Assembly (NCBI GenBank): GCA_964016885.1
Contig: OZ024743.1
Coordinates: 360,468,001 to 360,532,000 of the forward strand
From: Eledone cirrhosa
Taxonomy: Eukaryota
DNA: 64,000 nt
Direction of reading: 5' to 3'
The notes below the pieces were generated by a model that was given only the letters and a program-made list of their open reading frames with translations, was not told the DNA's origin and searched no databases. Of the stretch, positions 40,223-54,899 are shown piece after piece. Both the position numbers and the translations under genes were made by a program. Within the stretch, counting starts at the first letter, position 1, and the number at the start of each line of letters is the position of its first letter.

Positions 40223-43200
40223 ATTCATATTTTAAAAGAAATGTTGAATGGCTTTGACATTTTTATTAATTTTCGTAGTTTTTTTCCTGTTTTTGTTGCT
40301 AGCGTTCTTATTTATGTCGAGCTCATTCTTGACAGAGTAGAACGAAAAATCCTATAGACGGTGGATTGACGGTTTTTGAAACTGAATTCGTTGTGATAAT
40401 GCATTTAAACTTTAAGCGCTAGAATTTGATTTAATTAACATTCGACAGTAGCAATATTTTTACTGTGTAGTCAGAACGTCCATATCTATTTTCAGGGCTT
40501 CAGAAACAGGTGGGATGCAGCGAATATCGTCTTCTCAAACTAGAGGCCTATTCGGAATGCCATAGCGGGATTTGGATTCAGAACTCAAAGAGCCTGAATA
40601 AATACTGCAAGACAGTTCAACCAATATTCAAAGAGGTCTTACAATCTCCCAAGCCTTCGATTGATTATATATATTATCGACCGCGAAATGATAATACTCA
40701 AAGTCTGTTGTGGCTGGATTGAACTCAGAAAATAGAGATCTGGAACAAATACGGTCATGAATTCTGTTATTAACTCTAATATTTCTGCTTATTTGTCTCT
40801 TAATATTTGAATACAAATCGTTGAAGTATCCAACTTGTTACATTAAAGTATTCATTTTATTATTCGATTATCTGTTTTATCGCCAATACTCTTATCAGGT
40901 AACGAAATATCAGCAATTATGTCCAAGTAATAACAACGTACGAAGCTATTATAAATGTGACATCAAATTACAAATGGCAAAATTATGTAAAAATTCAGCT
41001 GTTAAGATTCTCATTAGTAATTCCCTGAATTTCATTTGTCAGATCAAGTTATTATATTACACCTTATTTTGTCTTTCTTGTGAGTAATGCGAAATTGCCC
41101 CGTCAAAACTTTCTCATCAACATGATGAATATATAAAGTGTATAGTTCTATTTATCTATTTATCTCTCTATCTAACTCCCTCTCTATCAATCATTTACCT
41201 TCTCATTTGCTGTCTCACATTTAACCCTCTCATTCTCTCTCTCTCTCTCTCAATATATATATATACATTGCTATTTCAGAGCTCCAACACAAATTTCTAA
41301 TTGTTGCTGGACCGGCAACCGCTCTGTATGTTAATGAGTTTAAACAGCTCATAAACTTAATTGGTATTCTATAAGAATCCAGCTTCTACAGACCCACATC
41401 AAAAGCAAAGGTTTATATCGCTTTGATAACCACTAAACAAGGAGAAACAATCGTCGGTTGTTTCCCTTTGATTTTGCTGAAGCTAAGTATGTTACTAAAG
41501 TCACTACCTTAAATTCATAGCGAAAGGCCTTCAAAATATTTTTAAATAAACATACAGTATTCTCCCCATCCTTTTTTTCTTGACCATTATCTTTTGTTTG
41601 CCACACAATTCTCTAAATGGCTACTAAAAAAAATCCCAATTACGGGCGCAAACTTTAATGTACATATTCACGTGAAAGTCATAACCAATCAAATTACATT
41701 TATAAAAAAACTATTTTGAGCCACTTTTTTAAGTGAAAAGAAACTCAATCACGAACTGGCGTGAAAGTCGATGTGCTTATTCACGTGACTGCATCAACCA
41801 ACCAGATTTCACTCATATATGAAACAAATAATCTGAGCCCCCACCCCCAACTCCCTTTTTTTCAAAGGCAAATATAATAAGAACTTTGTAACGCGTTCTG
41901 GCGCGAAATTTTTTATACTTATTCACGTGACAGTCATCAATCAATCAAATTACTTTTCTAAAAAACCTAGCATTTCGTGCCACTTTTTTCCACATAAAAC
42001 AGAAGTAACATTCGAACACCAACCAGATGCGAGAAAAACCACAAACCATCCATCTCAATTTTACTTTTGAAAAGAATAAGAACTGCGAAACCGGTAAAGG
42101 AACCAAATAAAAAAACTCCTTTTAGAAACCTCAAATGATTTGCAATTGCAATTCACCAGGCCCAATAAGAGGTGGTGTTGAAACTGTTGCAGTTCGGAGT
42201 AGTATACCTGTTCCCACATTAAACCATCTACTCATTCTTTAACGTATTATATACATTCTGAGTTGCGGATTAAGCCTCTATGTGGCTATTCAACCTATAT
42301 ATAGGTTGAATAACCGGCACGTACAGCGGGTGAACAAAAGAGTATCTGTAAACCTCGGTCAGCCCCTGGAAATGCAATTCCATGCATAAGTTGGATTCCA
42401 TTCCTTTCCGTGTGTGTATGTGTGTATGTGTGTTTTTTTTCTTCTTTGTTTTGTATGTCTCAGTTAAATTCTTCATGGTCAAATTTTCAATTATCATCTT
42501 ATTATTCCTATTTTGATCAGATACACTAATTTCTGTCTCCCTCTCACACCTATTTTCTCTTTTTATCCCTCAATCTTGAGTGCTTTCTTTCTATCTTTAT
42601 GAGTAACCCTACTATTCGATTACCCTCTATACTTTTGTTATTTATCACCTTAGTTCTCTAATTATTTATCATGTTAGTTCTCTAATGTTTCTGTTGTAGA
42701 ACTTCATACCCTTCTGTCATTCTCTATTCTTTTACCTCTATTATAACTTCTTCATTCAAGGCGATAACCAAATCCATTTTATTTAACTGTCTGCTCACAT
42801 GATAATTATAAGTTACCTCCCTTACATTATCTCTCAATTAAAAAATGTTAATGTATTCAATTTATATTCCTTTTGAAGTTCCGATGAGTTGCTCTATTTT
42901 TACCTATGTTAATTATTTTCAACTGAACCAGATCAATAATGATCTATAATCTTTTGATCCAGAAATATTGTAAACGGACATTATTATTATTAATATTATT
43001 ATTATTATTCTCTACATTTCTTACATCAAACTAAAATATGTTGACAATCTTTTAATAATGTCTTCCGTGTGAAATTTGTTATCTTGTTTTGCTTAACTAA
43101 TGAATATTTCCAGCTCTGTGCACCTAACCTCTGCATGAACCCACCCACCTAGCTGCCTTCCACTGCATATTGTACATTGAGCACATGCCTTTACGCTTTG

Positions 43201-45608
43201 GCTTCTAACTAATTCACTATCTCTCCTATCTCCTCTTTAAGATTGGTTACTCTTGAACTATATATATATATATACACACATATATATGTATATATATACA
43301 TATATATATATATATGTATGGAGAGAGAGGGTGGTATAGAGAAAAAGATAATCTATATTAAATCTATTTCAATAAATGTATATTTCTATGTATCAGACAT
43401 AGAACTACATATTATTTTGGGACAAATGCTATGAATTTGATTGACAAGTAATATAACAGTAGATTAGTAACACATTTCTAAAATTATAATAAACTTTTAA
43501 TTCCTAACTGAACCTCTTCATAGAATTATAAACGTATGATTAAATGACTCCTCATGTATTCTTTAATTGTATTAGCAACGGTTGTACAAATGGTACATCT
43601 GGCAGGGGAAACTGTACCTTAAAACTGCTCTCTGGAAAGTTACCTTCTTTCTATAGTTTTCTCCATTCGGATACCTATATTTATTCCTGAATTAGGAACA
43701 CATTTGTTACTTGATTATCGTATTACATAGAAAGTGTCATGGACGAACAGCAGAAATATTCAAGAACAGACCAATATCTAATAATGCATTTATCGAATAG
43801 ATCCTAAGATATTATTACCATTTATATATTATTACCATCTAAACGAAAATATGTCAAATAATAGTGTTTCGTTTGATTTTGCATTGAGTCCTACTACGCG
43901 TTGAAACATCGGAAGCAATAACCATAGTAAATTGTTAGGAAGTCGACTATCTAATTCCCGGCACGTAACGAAATACCACACCTACGCACTCACCAAATGC
44001 AGAACAATTGTGTATATGAACAACATTTAAAAAAAAAGGTTTTAAAAGATATATTCATAGCATTAGATTGTAAATAACAATTTTGAGAATCAATGAAACT
44101 TGCTTTTAATTAAAAAAAAATAATGAATCAAAATATTTATATACACCCCTCTTACACACATGCCGATTATTGATTTGAACAATCGGAAATATTAATCCGT
44201 AGTTAAAATGAAAAATGAATCAAGTAAAATAATCTTTTTCTCTTGTGTAAAATTTGACCTTCTAGAAATAAGGACACCCCAAAAAAGGAATATAGCTAAT
44301 ATCAAAGAAAATCGATGCACAAATATATTTCAATTTTTAGCTATGAATGAGTCAGGCTAAATTTAGTTCAAAACAGTTTTGGTGATATATTCAACGTTGT
44401 GTAAAATGGCAAACAGTCAGCGAGTAGTAAGTTTAAAGATGCTTTGTTGATATTTATAAAATTTATGATAAATGTAGCCGAGGAAATTATATATCATGGC
44501 AATTCGGAAGCTTCTGACTATGGGAACATATATTTAGAATGTTATAAATGAAATAATTGACCTGATATAAGTATAGTGATGGACTTATCAGACACGCGTA
44601 AGTCTATGAGACTTAGAAGTATTCATATGTGGCCATACTGTTACTTATTTCCTAGCATATGCATCTCTTTTATTTCGTTTCTCTTGAATAAAATGATCAA
44701 CATGCCCTGTCTAGATACAAAGTAATTTCATAAATTGAAAAAGATAAATGTGGATGAAAACTATCTAGCTTCTTGCAATTATCCCATGCTGGCTACGTTT
44801 TATACTGGAAAAGTTATATTGACTAATATACAAGATTAATATTGATTTTTAGTATAGGATCAACGTCACAAATCTTTCAGAAGGTTATAATATATGATAT
44901 TGACTTTAGCACTTAATTTGTACTTATTTTGTCTACCTGGCATAGATGAAAGACGAAGTCGACTGCGGTTTAATTTGAATAAATAATTCAAAGCAAGGTT
45001 CTGAAATGATGCAATCTATTTTGATCGCATCTCTAGCAAACATCTAAATATGTGCTTCTGAGGAAAAACCTATTTCCATGTGTACCCATTAGTGTTGGCA
45101 GTCATTTGTATTTATCGAAAAGTATCCAGGTGCCCTCTGCATTTCTGATGGAAAATAGAATATATCGAGATATTGATCTGAAAGGCATAACAATTTAAAA
45201 TAAATGTTTATTCTCAATAAATGTGTTTCACTCACAAAGTTGACTTAAAAACTATTGATATTTACATAAATATGAAAAAGAAATATAAAAACAAAATTAA
45301 ATAACGAGAAAAAAAGGAAAGGATGATGTAGGGAAGATCTGGCTGCATGGGAAAATAGAGGAAAGGATTATAAATGCCATAAATGAGAGGGAAAGGAATG
45401 CAAAAGCAAAAACTCTTGGGCCATCGAGAAATGGAGGGGGAGAGGCTACCGTGACGGGAATAAGTAAAAATTAGTAATAAGTATTAGTTAGTATTCAGTT
45501 TTAGTTTTAAGTTTTTACCGGTTGCGCATTTCTAATGCTTTTCAAAAATAATTTTAAGATAGGGCGCCCGTGATGTTTGCTCTAATATGTATATATATAT
45601 ATATATAT

Positions 45609-45910
45609 ATAAAATATTAAACAAATAATGAACAAACAATTCCTTATATTAAACAAAAAAAGTTCACTATTTAACGATCGTTTCTAGGGTATATATGTGT
45701 TATAATTGGTATGCATATTTAACAGATCTATGTACAAAATTATACAAAATTATACAAATTATCAAGATTAAATATACATACCTAACTCATATATACGCCG
45801 TCTTCAGAAATAATTATAACACATATATACCCTAGAAACGATCGTTAAATAGTGAACTTTTTTTGTTTAATATAAGGAATTGTTTGTTCATTATTTGTTT
45901 AATATTTTAT
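45609..45910. repeat. ~99-bp inverted repeat with HHR-like core on the minus strand
   Basis: Arms 45609-45707 / 45812-45910; minus-strand CTGAAGA (45807-45801) ... GAAACGATCGTTA. Confidence 0.88.
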
Positions 45911-46041
45911 CTTGACTCTGTATACCGTTTATCTTTCACCGAAATTGGATTTTCATTACATCTCTTCTTTCCATGATATCCGGAATACATTGAGTTCTTC
46001 ATACGGATTGGACACTACCGTAAACTCTTGGTAGATTTATC

Positions 46042-46102
<61 letters not shown>

Positions 46103-46178
46103 CGAAGGAAATGTGGTAAGGAACCAGGTGGACCATAACGCACCAAAGTACTCAAGACTTGGGGTAGTAGAGTGGGTA

Positions 46179-46304
46179 ATAGGAACCAGTAAGACCCCGA
46201 CGGCTGAGCTCAAGCCGTTTCGACGGCTAATTCTGGACTATTTAGTCCAGAATTAGCCGTCGAAACGGCTTGAGCTCAGCCGTCGGGGTCTTACTGGTTC
46301 CTAT
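46179..46304. repeat. Perfect 62-bp-arm palindrome carrying the 3' half of an HHR
   Basis: 46179-46240 is the exact reverse complement of 46243-46304; GAAA-CGGCT-tgagctc-AGCCG-TC. Confidence 0.92.
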
Positions 46305-46320
46305 ATATATATATATATAG

Positions 46321-47764
46321 TAATAATAATAAAATTGAAGACTAAAATCAAAAGAGGGCTCGATAAGGAAAATATATATCAAATATATAAGAACCGTAGA
46401 GCAAATACTTATTAAAATAACAGATTAAAGTTTAAGCAAAGAATCGCTGCTTTCACCCTTAACGGGATCTTCTGAAACTAACAAAGTCAATCTGTAAACG
46501 CAGAACTGGATATTTCAAAAAACGTTGCAACCGGAGGAAGACAGGAAGACGATACTTTGGTTCGTGGAAACGTTCGCTGGCAAAGAACGGGAAAAAACGA
46601 ATATAATACGTCATTAATAGGAGCGGTGAAAAACAATTACGCGCAAAGACAGAACCACGTTTATGGTATAAAAGAGGTCGTAGACTAATGTTCTCTTAGG
46701 TGGTGCATAGAGACGTTCTCTGGCAATGAAGGAAAAAACGAAGATAATAAGTCATATGTGGAGCGTGGAGAACAATAGCACGCAAAGACAAAACCACTTA
46801 AATGGTATAGCAGAAGTTGTAGACTAAAATTCTAACTAGGAGACCAAATGAATCTCCGCTACAGGGTTAAGAACAAAGTAAATAAATACAATACAGAAGT
46901 AATAGAAACAAATAAATACATACACGCAAACAGATACGTACATACACAAGCATACGCAAAACCTTACCATAGGTATACAAAACCACGCACATATAAATAT
47001 GTGTGTGTGTGTATGCTTGTGTACAAATAAATAAATAATTATATAAACGTATATAAGTAAATAAATACGTATATAACAAGCGCACACACATACCTACAAA
47101 TAAATACACGAATGTTCGGAGACGTAAGTCAACTAAAACAAGAAGTACACATATACACACACCCACCATACGTACGAACCTGCATACTCACGCAGACGCA
47201 AAACTCCCGTATACATATAGCCAAACCCTAAATGCCAGAATATGTAAAAAGTATACGCCATAACAGTCAAATATACGTACGAGAAGGTATACATACCTTC
47301 ACAAAACATACGGGTAATATATACTTACCTATGCAAATAAGTAAAGGAATAAACAAAACATATACTTAGCTCCCACATCAAGACGTAAAATATCCACGTA
47401 TAGATCGTGCTATCCGTTAGGGTATAACGTGGGGCTGTAATACAGGAAAGTTTTGTGCAATTTATGTTTACAAGCCGAAATTGCCTCAGATTTTTTGTTT
47501 AAGATGTGGTCTGTGGCGTAGAGTATTTCCAGGGCCTCAGCGGCGCAGAGGTCACATGGTCTTTTATTTCCGTTATACGATCTAGCTAGGATCTCCCAGT
47601 GTAACTTATATTGGGTGTGGTTGTCTTTTAGACTCCAGATATAAGCTGAAAGTGACGTCATATTCCTTCTTAGAGGGTAACGAAAAGAATGGGTATGCAT
47701 GTAAAGACGCTGCTTGAAACTATTGGCGGTTGATTCTTTGCTTAAACTTTAATCTGTTATTTTA

Positions 47765-47770
<6 letters not shown>
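46321..47770 (-). mobile_element. 5'-truncated PLE (Naiad-like GIY-YIG C-terminus) with inverted terminal copy
   Basis: FKQR...H..SF....TSLSAYIW.LK....W.IL...Y.....CDLC..E..I....LN..SE....CKH; 47730-47770 is inverted to ~46408-46447. Confidence 0.85.
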
Positions 47771-47827
<57 letters not shown>

Positions 47828-47830
<3 letters not shown>

Positions 47831-49360
47831 ATGATAATAAATTTGAAGACTAAAATGCAAAGAGGGCTCGATAAGGATAACTATATATCAAATATATAAG
47901 AACCGTAGTGCAAATATTTATTAAAATAACAGATTTAAGTAAATAATCGTTGCTTTCACCCTTAACGGGATCTTCTGAAACTAAAAATATCATTCTGTGA
48001 ACGCAGAAGTAAATATTTCAAAAAACGTTGCAACCGAAGGAAGATAAGAAGACGATACTTTGATTCGTGGAAACGTTCCCTGGCAAAGAACGGATAACGA
48101 CAAAGATAATACGTCATAATTTGGAGCGGTGACAACAATTACACGCAAAGACAAAAACACGTATATGGTATAAATGAAGTCGTTGTCTAATATTATATTA
48201 GGTGGTTCGTGGAGACGTTCTCTGGCAATGAACGGAAAAAACGAAGATAATACGTCATTATGAGGGGCGCTAAGAACAATTACACTCAAAGACAAAACCA
48301 CTTATATGGTATAACAGAAGCCGTAGACTAAAATTCTATTAGGAAACCGAATGATACCCGGCTTCAGAGTTTAGAATAAAGTAAATGAATTACAGAGGTA
48401 ATTGAAATTAAATATATACATGCACGCAACCATATACGTATATACACAAGCATACGCGAAAACACCCGCAAAGGGTATGCCAATACAAGCACGACACAAA
48501 AAAGAAAAAAAGAAATAAAACACGCATGCACATACCTACCCCACGCAACGCTTGTACGTATACGAACGTATACACCAAATACATATAAAAATATATATAA
48601 AAAAAAAAATATATGTGCGTGTGTGAGTGTGCGTGTATACATATAATTATATAAAAGTATAGAAATATACACACATAAATGGGTATAAACGCGCTCACAC
48701 ACATATAACCTGTAAATACACATATGTACGCAGAATTACGTCAACCAAAACACAAAGTACACATATACACACACCCTACATACGTACGAACCCGTATACT
48801 CACACAGACGCAAAACTCATGTATACGCATAACCATATGCACATGTACCAGTATATATAGTATGTACCAGTATATATAATATATACGCCATAACATATAC
48901 AAGCAAATATACGTAGAAGAAACTATACGTACCTTCACAAAGCATACAGGTAAAATATACTTTTCTATACAAATAAGTAATGGTATAAACATGACATATA
49001 CTTAGCTACCACATCAAGACGTAAAATATCCGAGTATAGTTCGTACTATCCGTTAAGGTATAATGTGGGGCTGTAATACAAGAAAGTTTTGTCCAGATTT
49101 TTTGTTTAAGATGTGGTCTTTGGCGCAGAGTATTTCCAAGGCCTCAGCAGCCCAGAGGTAACATGGTCTTTTATTTCCGTTATACGATCTAGCCCTAGCT
49201 AGGATCTCCCAGTGTAACTAATATTGGGTGTGGTTGTCTTTTAGATTCCAGGAAATATTTACTTCTTCGTTCACAGATTGATATTTTTAGTTTCAGAATA
49301 TCTCGTTAAGGGTGAAAGCAGCGATTCTTTAATTAAACTTTAATCTGTTATATTAATATA
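47828..49360 (-). mobile_element. Adjacent diverged copy of the same PLE, with a longer inverted terminus
   Basis: Colinear with 46321-47640; 49255-49360 is inverted to ~47915-48018. Confidence 0.85.
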
Positions 49361-49384
49361 TATATACATATATATATATATATA

Positions 49385-49828
49385 AAGTATAAAAGAGAAA
49401 ACACAGGTAAGCATTATGGAAGGATTTTATCCAGGTATTTACGACCGTTTCATTGGTAAGTGCATCCTTATATTGCTATAGTGCAAATAGCAGCCACTCA
49501 ATTATAATTGTTGTTTACGTCCACATTTTCAAAATAGTGAGTAAGTTGCTCTTGAAATAGTTCTTAATATATAGAGAAAAACATTTTTTTGGAATTGTAT
49601 TTACTAGTATAGAGAGAGAGGAAGAGGAATTAGAAGGTGAGGGGGCAAAAGGAATAGTATAGAGAGAGAGAGGAAGGGGGAGAAGAGTTAGGAAGTAGAG
49701 TGAAAAACTGAGATGGAGGGAGGATTAGAGGTGGAAGGATTCCTAGATCAGTTTTGATATGTAGACTTCATGTCGTGGAGTGTAGTGAGTTAAAGAGAAT
49801 TAAATTGATCATAGTGGGAGGGATGGAT

Positions 49829-49862
<34 letters not shown>

Positions 49863-50930
49863 GGGAAAGATATAAAGAGATAAATATATATATAAAAAAT
49901 AAAGATAAAGACAAAAATAATGACAAAAATAATGACAAAAATAAAAGCAAAGAAGGGGGAGAGAGAAGAAAAGAAAAGATAGCCAAAAAGGGGAGGGAAG
50001 GAAGGAAGAAAACGAAGAAATAGAAGAGGAATGAAGGAGAAGGGAGGGATATAGGTATTGGTTTATGTGGGTAATTAAAAGGGTTTAGATACAATAAGAG
50101 GGTATAAAGTCTAAGTATATGCAGTTTGTCAGTTGGTAGTAAGAGGTTAAGGGTTCGATTTGCACTTGTAGTGCGAAAACTTTTCTTAGAGTCTATGGTT
50201 ACAATAAATTGATCTTTCGATTTTATTGTTGAGTAACTTATTCTTCGAACTCAAAATGTGGAACAGTTCAAGGTCACATAATGTTTTCCACTTCAGGGTG
50301 TATTGATGGTTACTTTCCCTCAGTTGCCAGGTCTTGTTTGCAAGGGTAGTTACATAACGATGCTGGGAATGTTTCATTGCGTAACGGTGTGTATACCAAC
50401 GGGCTTTAAATGTATTCCCAGTCGCTCCGATGTAATACCATTTCTGGTTGGTTGTCTGATTCCACTGTGCATTGGTAACCCAGGTTAGACTGCATACATT
50501 CATTATGTAATGGATAGGTTTCAGGTAGGTGGCAGTTACAATTCTTGTCATGGGCAAGTTTGGCATTATTGGTGGGCTGCGATGCCTGTACAAGTGTGTT
50601 ACGTTTTGTTTGCCTATTAGTGGGTGGTTGAGTATTAGATATTCTGTTGTGTTCAATGGTGATTGTATTGTTATTGTTGTAAATTTGTGTTCTGGTGTTG
50701 TTATGTATCTTTTTAGCGTTAAGCATCTTAATGTGTGCTTCTATATTTGGTGCCGTGGAGTAAGATAGTCTAATAGATTTAGTGTTAAGGATTTTGCTGT
50801 ATCTATGTGAATCTGGAAAGTGCTTATTTATTATTCTAAAGTAGAGGGTAGGTTAGTACTAATAGAGGTGTTAAATATGGGGTTATACCAAATATATGGC
50901 TTTCTTAACCACGAACTGGAACACAATAAG
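49385..50930 (-). mobile_element. Decayed PLE remnant (Naiad-like linker + GIY-YIG)
   Basis: NCNC....PL.NEC.....YQC, YYIGATGNTFKARW..H, TTLA..W.L...LKWK, LN...E....CNHR. Confidence 0.75.
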
Positions 50931-50966
50931 CAATTTTCTGCTTCCCTAACTATATATATATATATA

Positions 50967-53270
50967 ATAAGATATATGAGAGGGATGAACACCGATAAAA
51001 GTGCACATGTATTCCAATTGCAAATAACCAAGTTAGTTAGGAACACATGTATACTTAATTCTGTGTTCATCCAATTATATGACACGGCTGGGAAAGATTA
51101 TTTGGGCTATTTAATTGTAAACAAAACTATTTTGAGTTTCTAACTCATTCTATGTTATTCTCGGCAACTTATGTAAAGCAACTTTAGTCACATAAACTCA
51201 GCTGCTATTTTTACCTGCATGAGTATGAGACGCGTTAGGCGCTTCAACATGTGCGTCTATATCAGCGCATCGTTCAGTCCTCTTAGAACCTTTGAAATGA
51301 AAGTTACGAATTTTCCTGCATACCCGCAGAAGAGCACAGGAATTCTGGCTTTCACTTAATAATTCTTGCAAACAGATTTATGTCTGCCCGGATATCATAG
51401 GCTATTGCCCGATATAGGTTTGTTATTTTTACTGATTTATTACTTTAAATCGAGTGAGGCAACCATATTGTTTTAAATCAGTATTTTTAAACCTCGCTAA
51501 CTTGGTCATTTGCAATTGGAACGTATGTATACTTATATCTTTGTTCATCCCTCTCATATATCCAATTATATTACACGGCTCGGAAAGATTCCCTTCTTTG
51601 AGCTATTTAATTATAAAAGAAACTATTTTGAGTTTCTAACTCAATCTATGATATTCTCGGCTCCTTATGTAAGGCTAACGTTAGTCTCATAAAGACAACT
51701 GCTATTTGTAGCTGCATGAGTATGAGACGCGTTAGGCGCTGCGACATGTGCGTTTATATCAGCATAGAACCTTTGAAGATTAAAGTACGAATTTACCTGG
51801 CTGCCCCCAGAAGAGCACAGGAATTCTGGCTTTCACTAAATAATTCTTGCGAACAGATTTATGTCTGTACGGGTATCAAAGGCTATTGCCCGGTATAGGT
51901 TTGATATTTTTATTGATTTATTACGTTAAATCGAGTCAGGCAAACCATAATGTTTTAACTTAGTATTTTCAACCTAGCTAACGTCATTTGCAATTGGAAC
52001 ACATGTATACTTATATCTGTGTTCATCCTTCTCATATAACCAATTTTATTACACGACTCGAAAAGCTTCCAATGTTTGAGCTATTTAATTGTAAAAAACT
52101 ATTTTGAGTTTCTAACTCAATCTATGATATTCTCGGCTCCTTATGTAAGGCTAACTTTAGTCTCGCAAAACAAGCTGCTATTTTTAGCGGCATGAGTATG
52201 AGACGCGTTAGGCGCTGCGACATGTGCGTTTATATCAGCGCATCGTTAAGTCTACTTAGAACCTTTGAAGTGAAAGGTGCGAATTTCCCTGGATACCCGC
52301 AGAAGAGCACAGGAATCTTGGCTTTCACTTAATAACTCTTGCGATACAGATTTATGTCTGTCCGGGTATCATAGGCTATTTCCCGATATAGGTTTGTTAT
52401 TTTTACTGATTTATTAAGTTAAATCGAGTCAGGCAAACCTTATTGTTTTAAATCAGTATTTTTAAACCTCGCTAACTTGGTCATTTGCAATTGGAACGTA
52501 TGTATACTTATATCTTTGTTCATCCCTCTCATATATCCAATTATATTACACGGCTCGGAAAGATTCCCTTCTTTTGTAAAAAAAACTATTTTGAGTTTCT
52601 AACTCAATCTATGATATTTTCGGCTCCTTATGTAAGGCTAACTTTAGTTTCATAAACCCAGCTGCTATTTTTAGCGGCATGAGTATGACAAGCGTTAGGC
52701 GCTGCGGCATGTGCGTTTATATCAGCGGATCGTTCAGTCTACTTAGACTCTTTGAAGTGAAAGGTCCGAATTTTCCTGGATACCTGTAGAAGAGCACAGT
52801 AATCCTGGTCCGAATTTTCCTGGATACCTGTTATTTTTACTGATTTATTAAGTTAAATCGAGTCAGGCAAACCTTATTGTTTTAAATCAGTATTTTTAAA
52901 CCTCGCTAACTTGGTCATTTGCAATTGGAACGTATGTACACTTATATCTTTGTTCATCCCTCTCATATATCCAATTATATTACACGGCTCGAAACAGATT
53001 TATGTCTGTCTGGGTATCATAGGCTATTGCCCGATATAGGTTTGTTATTTTTATTGATTTATTACTTTAAATCGAGTCAGGCAAACCATATTGTTTTAAA
53101 TTAATATTTTCCAACAGAGCTGACTTGGTCATTTGCGTTTGGAACACATGTATACTTATATCGGTGTTCATCACTCTCATATATCCAATTGTATTACACG
53201 GCTCGGAAAGATTCCCTTCTTTAAGCTATTTAATTGTAAAAATACTATTTTGAGTTTCTATCTCAATCCA

Positions 53271-53272
<2 letters not shown>
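50967..53272. repeat. Tandem array of ~480-500 bp units (~4.5 copies) with an inverted leading segment, between (TA)n
   Basis: ACTATTTTGAGTTTCTA recurs at ~51126, 51622, 52098, 52585, 53244. Confidence 0.92.
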
Positions 53273-53333
<61 letters not shown>

Positions 53334-53337
<4 letters not shown>

Positions 53338-53698
53338 AAAGAATAGAGGTGTAACACACAAGTTATTATATATTGGAAAACAGAATAGAAAATGCTGACA
53401 GATTGTTCACAGTTGAAAAATGGTTTAATTAGGAATAAAAGAGTATTATGTATGGGTTAGTATTCAGTTGTGGTTTTAAGTTTTTAAGTTTTTACCGGTT
53501 GCGCATTTCTAAATGCTTTTCAAAAATAATTTTGAGATAGAGTGTCCGTGTTGTTAGCTCAGATCAGAGCAATGCGCAACCGGTAAAAACTTAAAAACTT
53601 AAAACCACAACTGAATACTAACCCATACAATTACTAATATTCCTAATTAAACCATTTTTCAACTGTGAACAATTTGTCAGCATTTTCTATTCCGTTTA

Positions 53699-53705
<7 letters not shown>
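53334..53705. repeat. Fold-back element of the 9345-9750 family, opposite orientation
   Basis: Inverted arms ~53378-53506 / 53571-53705 between (TA)n. Confidence 0.88.
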
Positions 53706-53754
<49 letters not shown>

Positions 53755-54604
53755 CATACCTATATATAACAGTACATAATCTAATACTTAGTCTGTTCTA
53801 TTTCCTTCCCGGATATCATAGGTAATGACTACGAGATCTCAGATATAAAGTATCGCTAAAACATCACATGAACGTAAGGCTACTCGCAGATTTGTCATGA
53901 TAGAGATAAGCAACATGATTGGAGAAAGCATTATGTTTAGTGGGTATTTATTGATTGTTGTAGTTGGTAGTGTCTGTTTCTGTGTACTTGATTCATACCT
54001 TACAGGGTTTTCTTTGCTTTTATTATTGCAGGCTTTCAACAAATCAACTTCTGTATTGAAACCGGGTTTAATTCCAATCGACTATGAGGTTCATATCTCC
54101 GCCACATGGTACGTGTCATAACTTCATTACATTTGAGGCCTAGCACTATGAGAATTATACACTGAATGACAATTATAACTCAGTGCTATGGCATTTGTAC
54201 GTTACCCCTACAATATTTATATCATAGAGCTATGATATTTATAACACAAGTCAATAAGAATTAAATACCCCCCACCCCACCCCATGACATTTGTACTTCA
54301 GGTTTACGATATTTATGCAATAGTTCTAGCCAAGCTGTACGCCAGCTTATCCCAGCTTCATGAATTCTATACTACAATCTATGGAAACTATATTTCCGCT
54401 CTCTGAATTTTATTCAATGATATTTATTACTCAGCTCTATGCTATTCATGCACCATATCTATGATATATATATATATAACCTTTATCAGATTTATACTCC
54501 ACCTTAGCAAAGTATATGATAGTTTAAGCATTGTACCCCATTTCTACACAAGGGTCATACTCTAAGCTACAGAATTATCTCTAGCATACCAGGTAAATAT
54601 ATGT

Positions 54605-54800
54605 TATAATTGTTTCTACTTTTGGCACAAAGCCAGCAAATATCCCAGTACATTACTGGTAATTTATTTTATAGAGCCCATAAGGATGAAAGGAAAAGTG
54701 AACCTCGACGGGATTTGAACTCAAGCAATAAAGGGGCGTAACTCTATGCTGCAAAGCATGGCGTCCGATCTTCTACCGATACTGCCAATCCCTCGCCCTT
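54605..54800 (-). mobile_element. Meta-type SINE copy
   Basis: Reverse complement of 10628-10817. Confidence 0.85.
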
Positions 54801-54899
54801 ATAATTAAGAATATTTAAACTCTACCACGGTACTGTGTACTCATTCTCACGTCTGTCTGTAACACGGCCCAATATGTTGTAATCTATAGCATAAAATAA

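Noticed and set aside
50967-53272. CRISPR-like or coding repeat array
   Set aside because: Long whole-unit tandem repeats, no unique spacers, no consistent ORF, eukaryotic context
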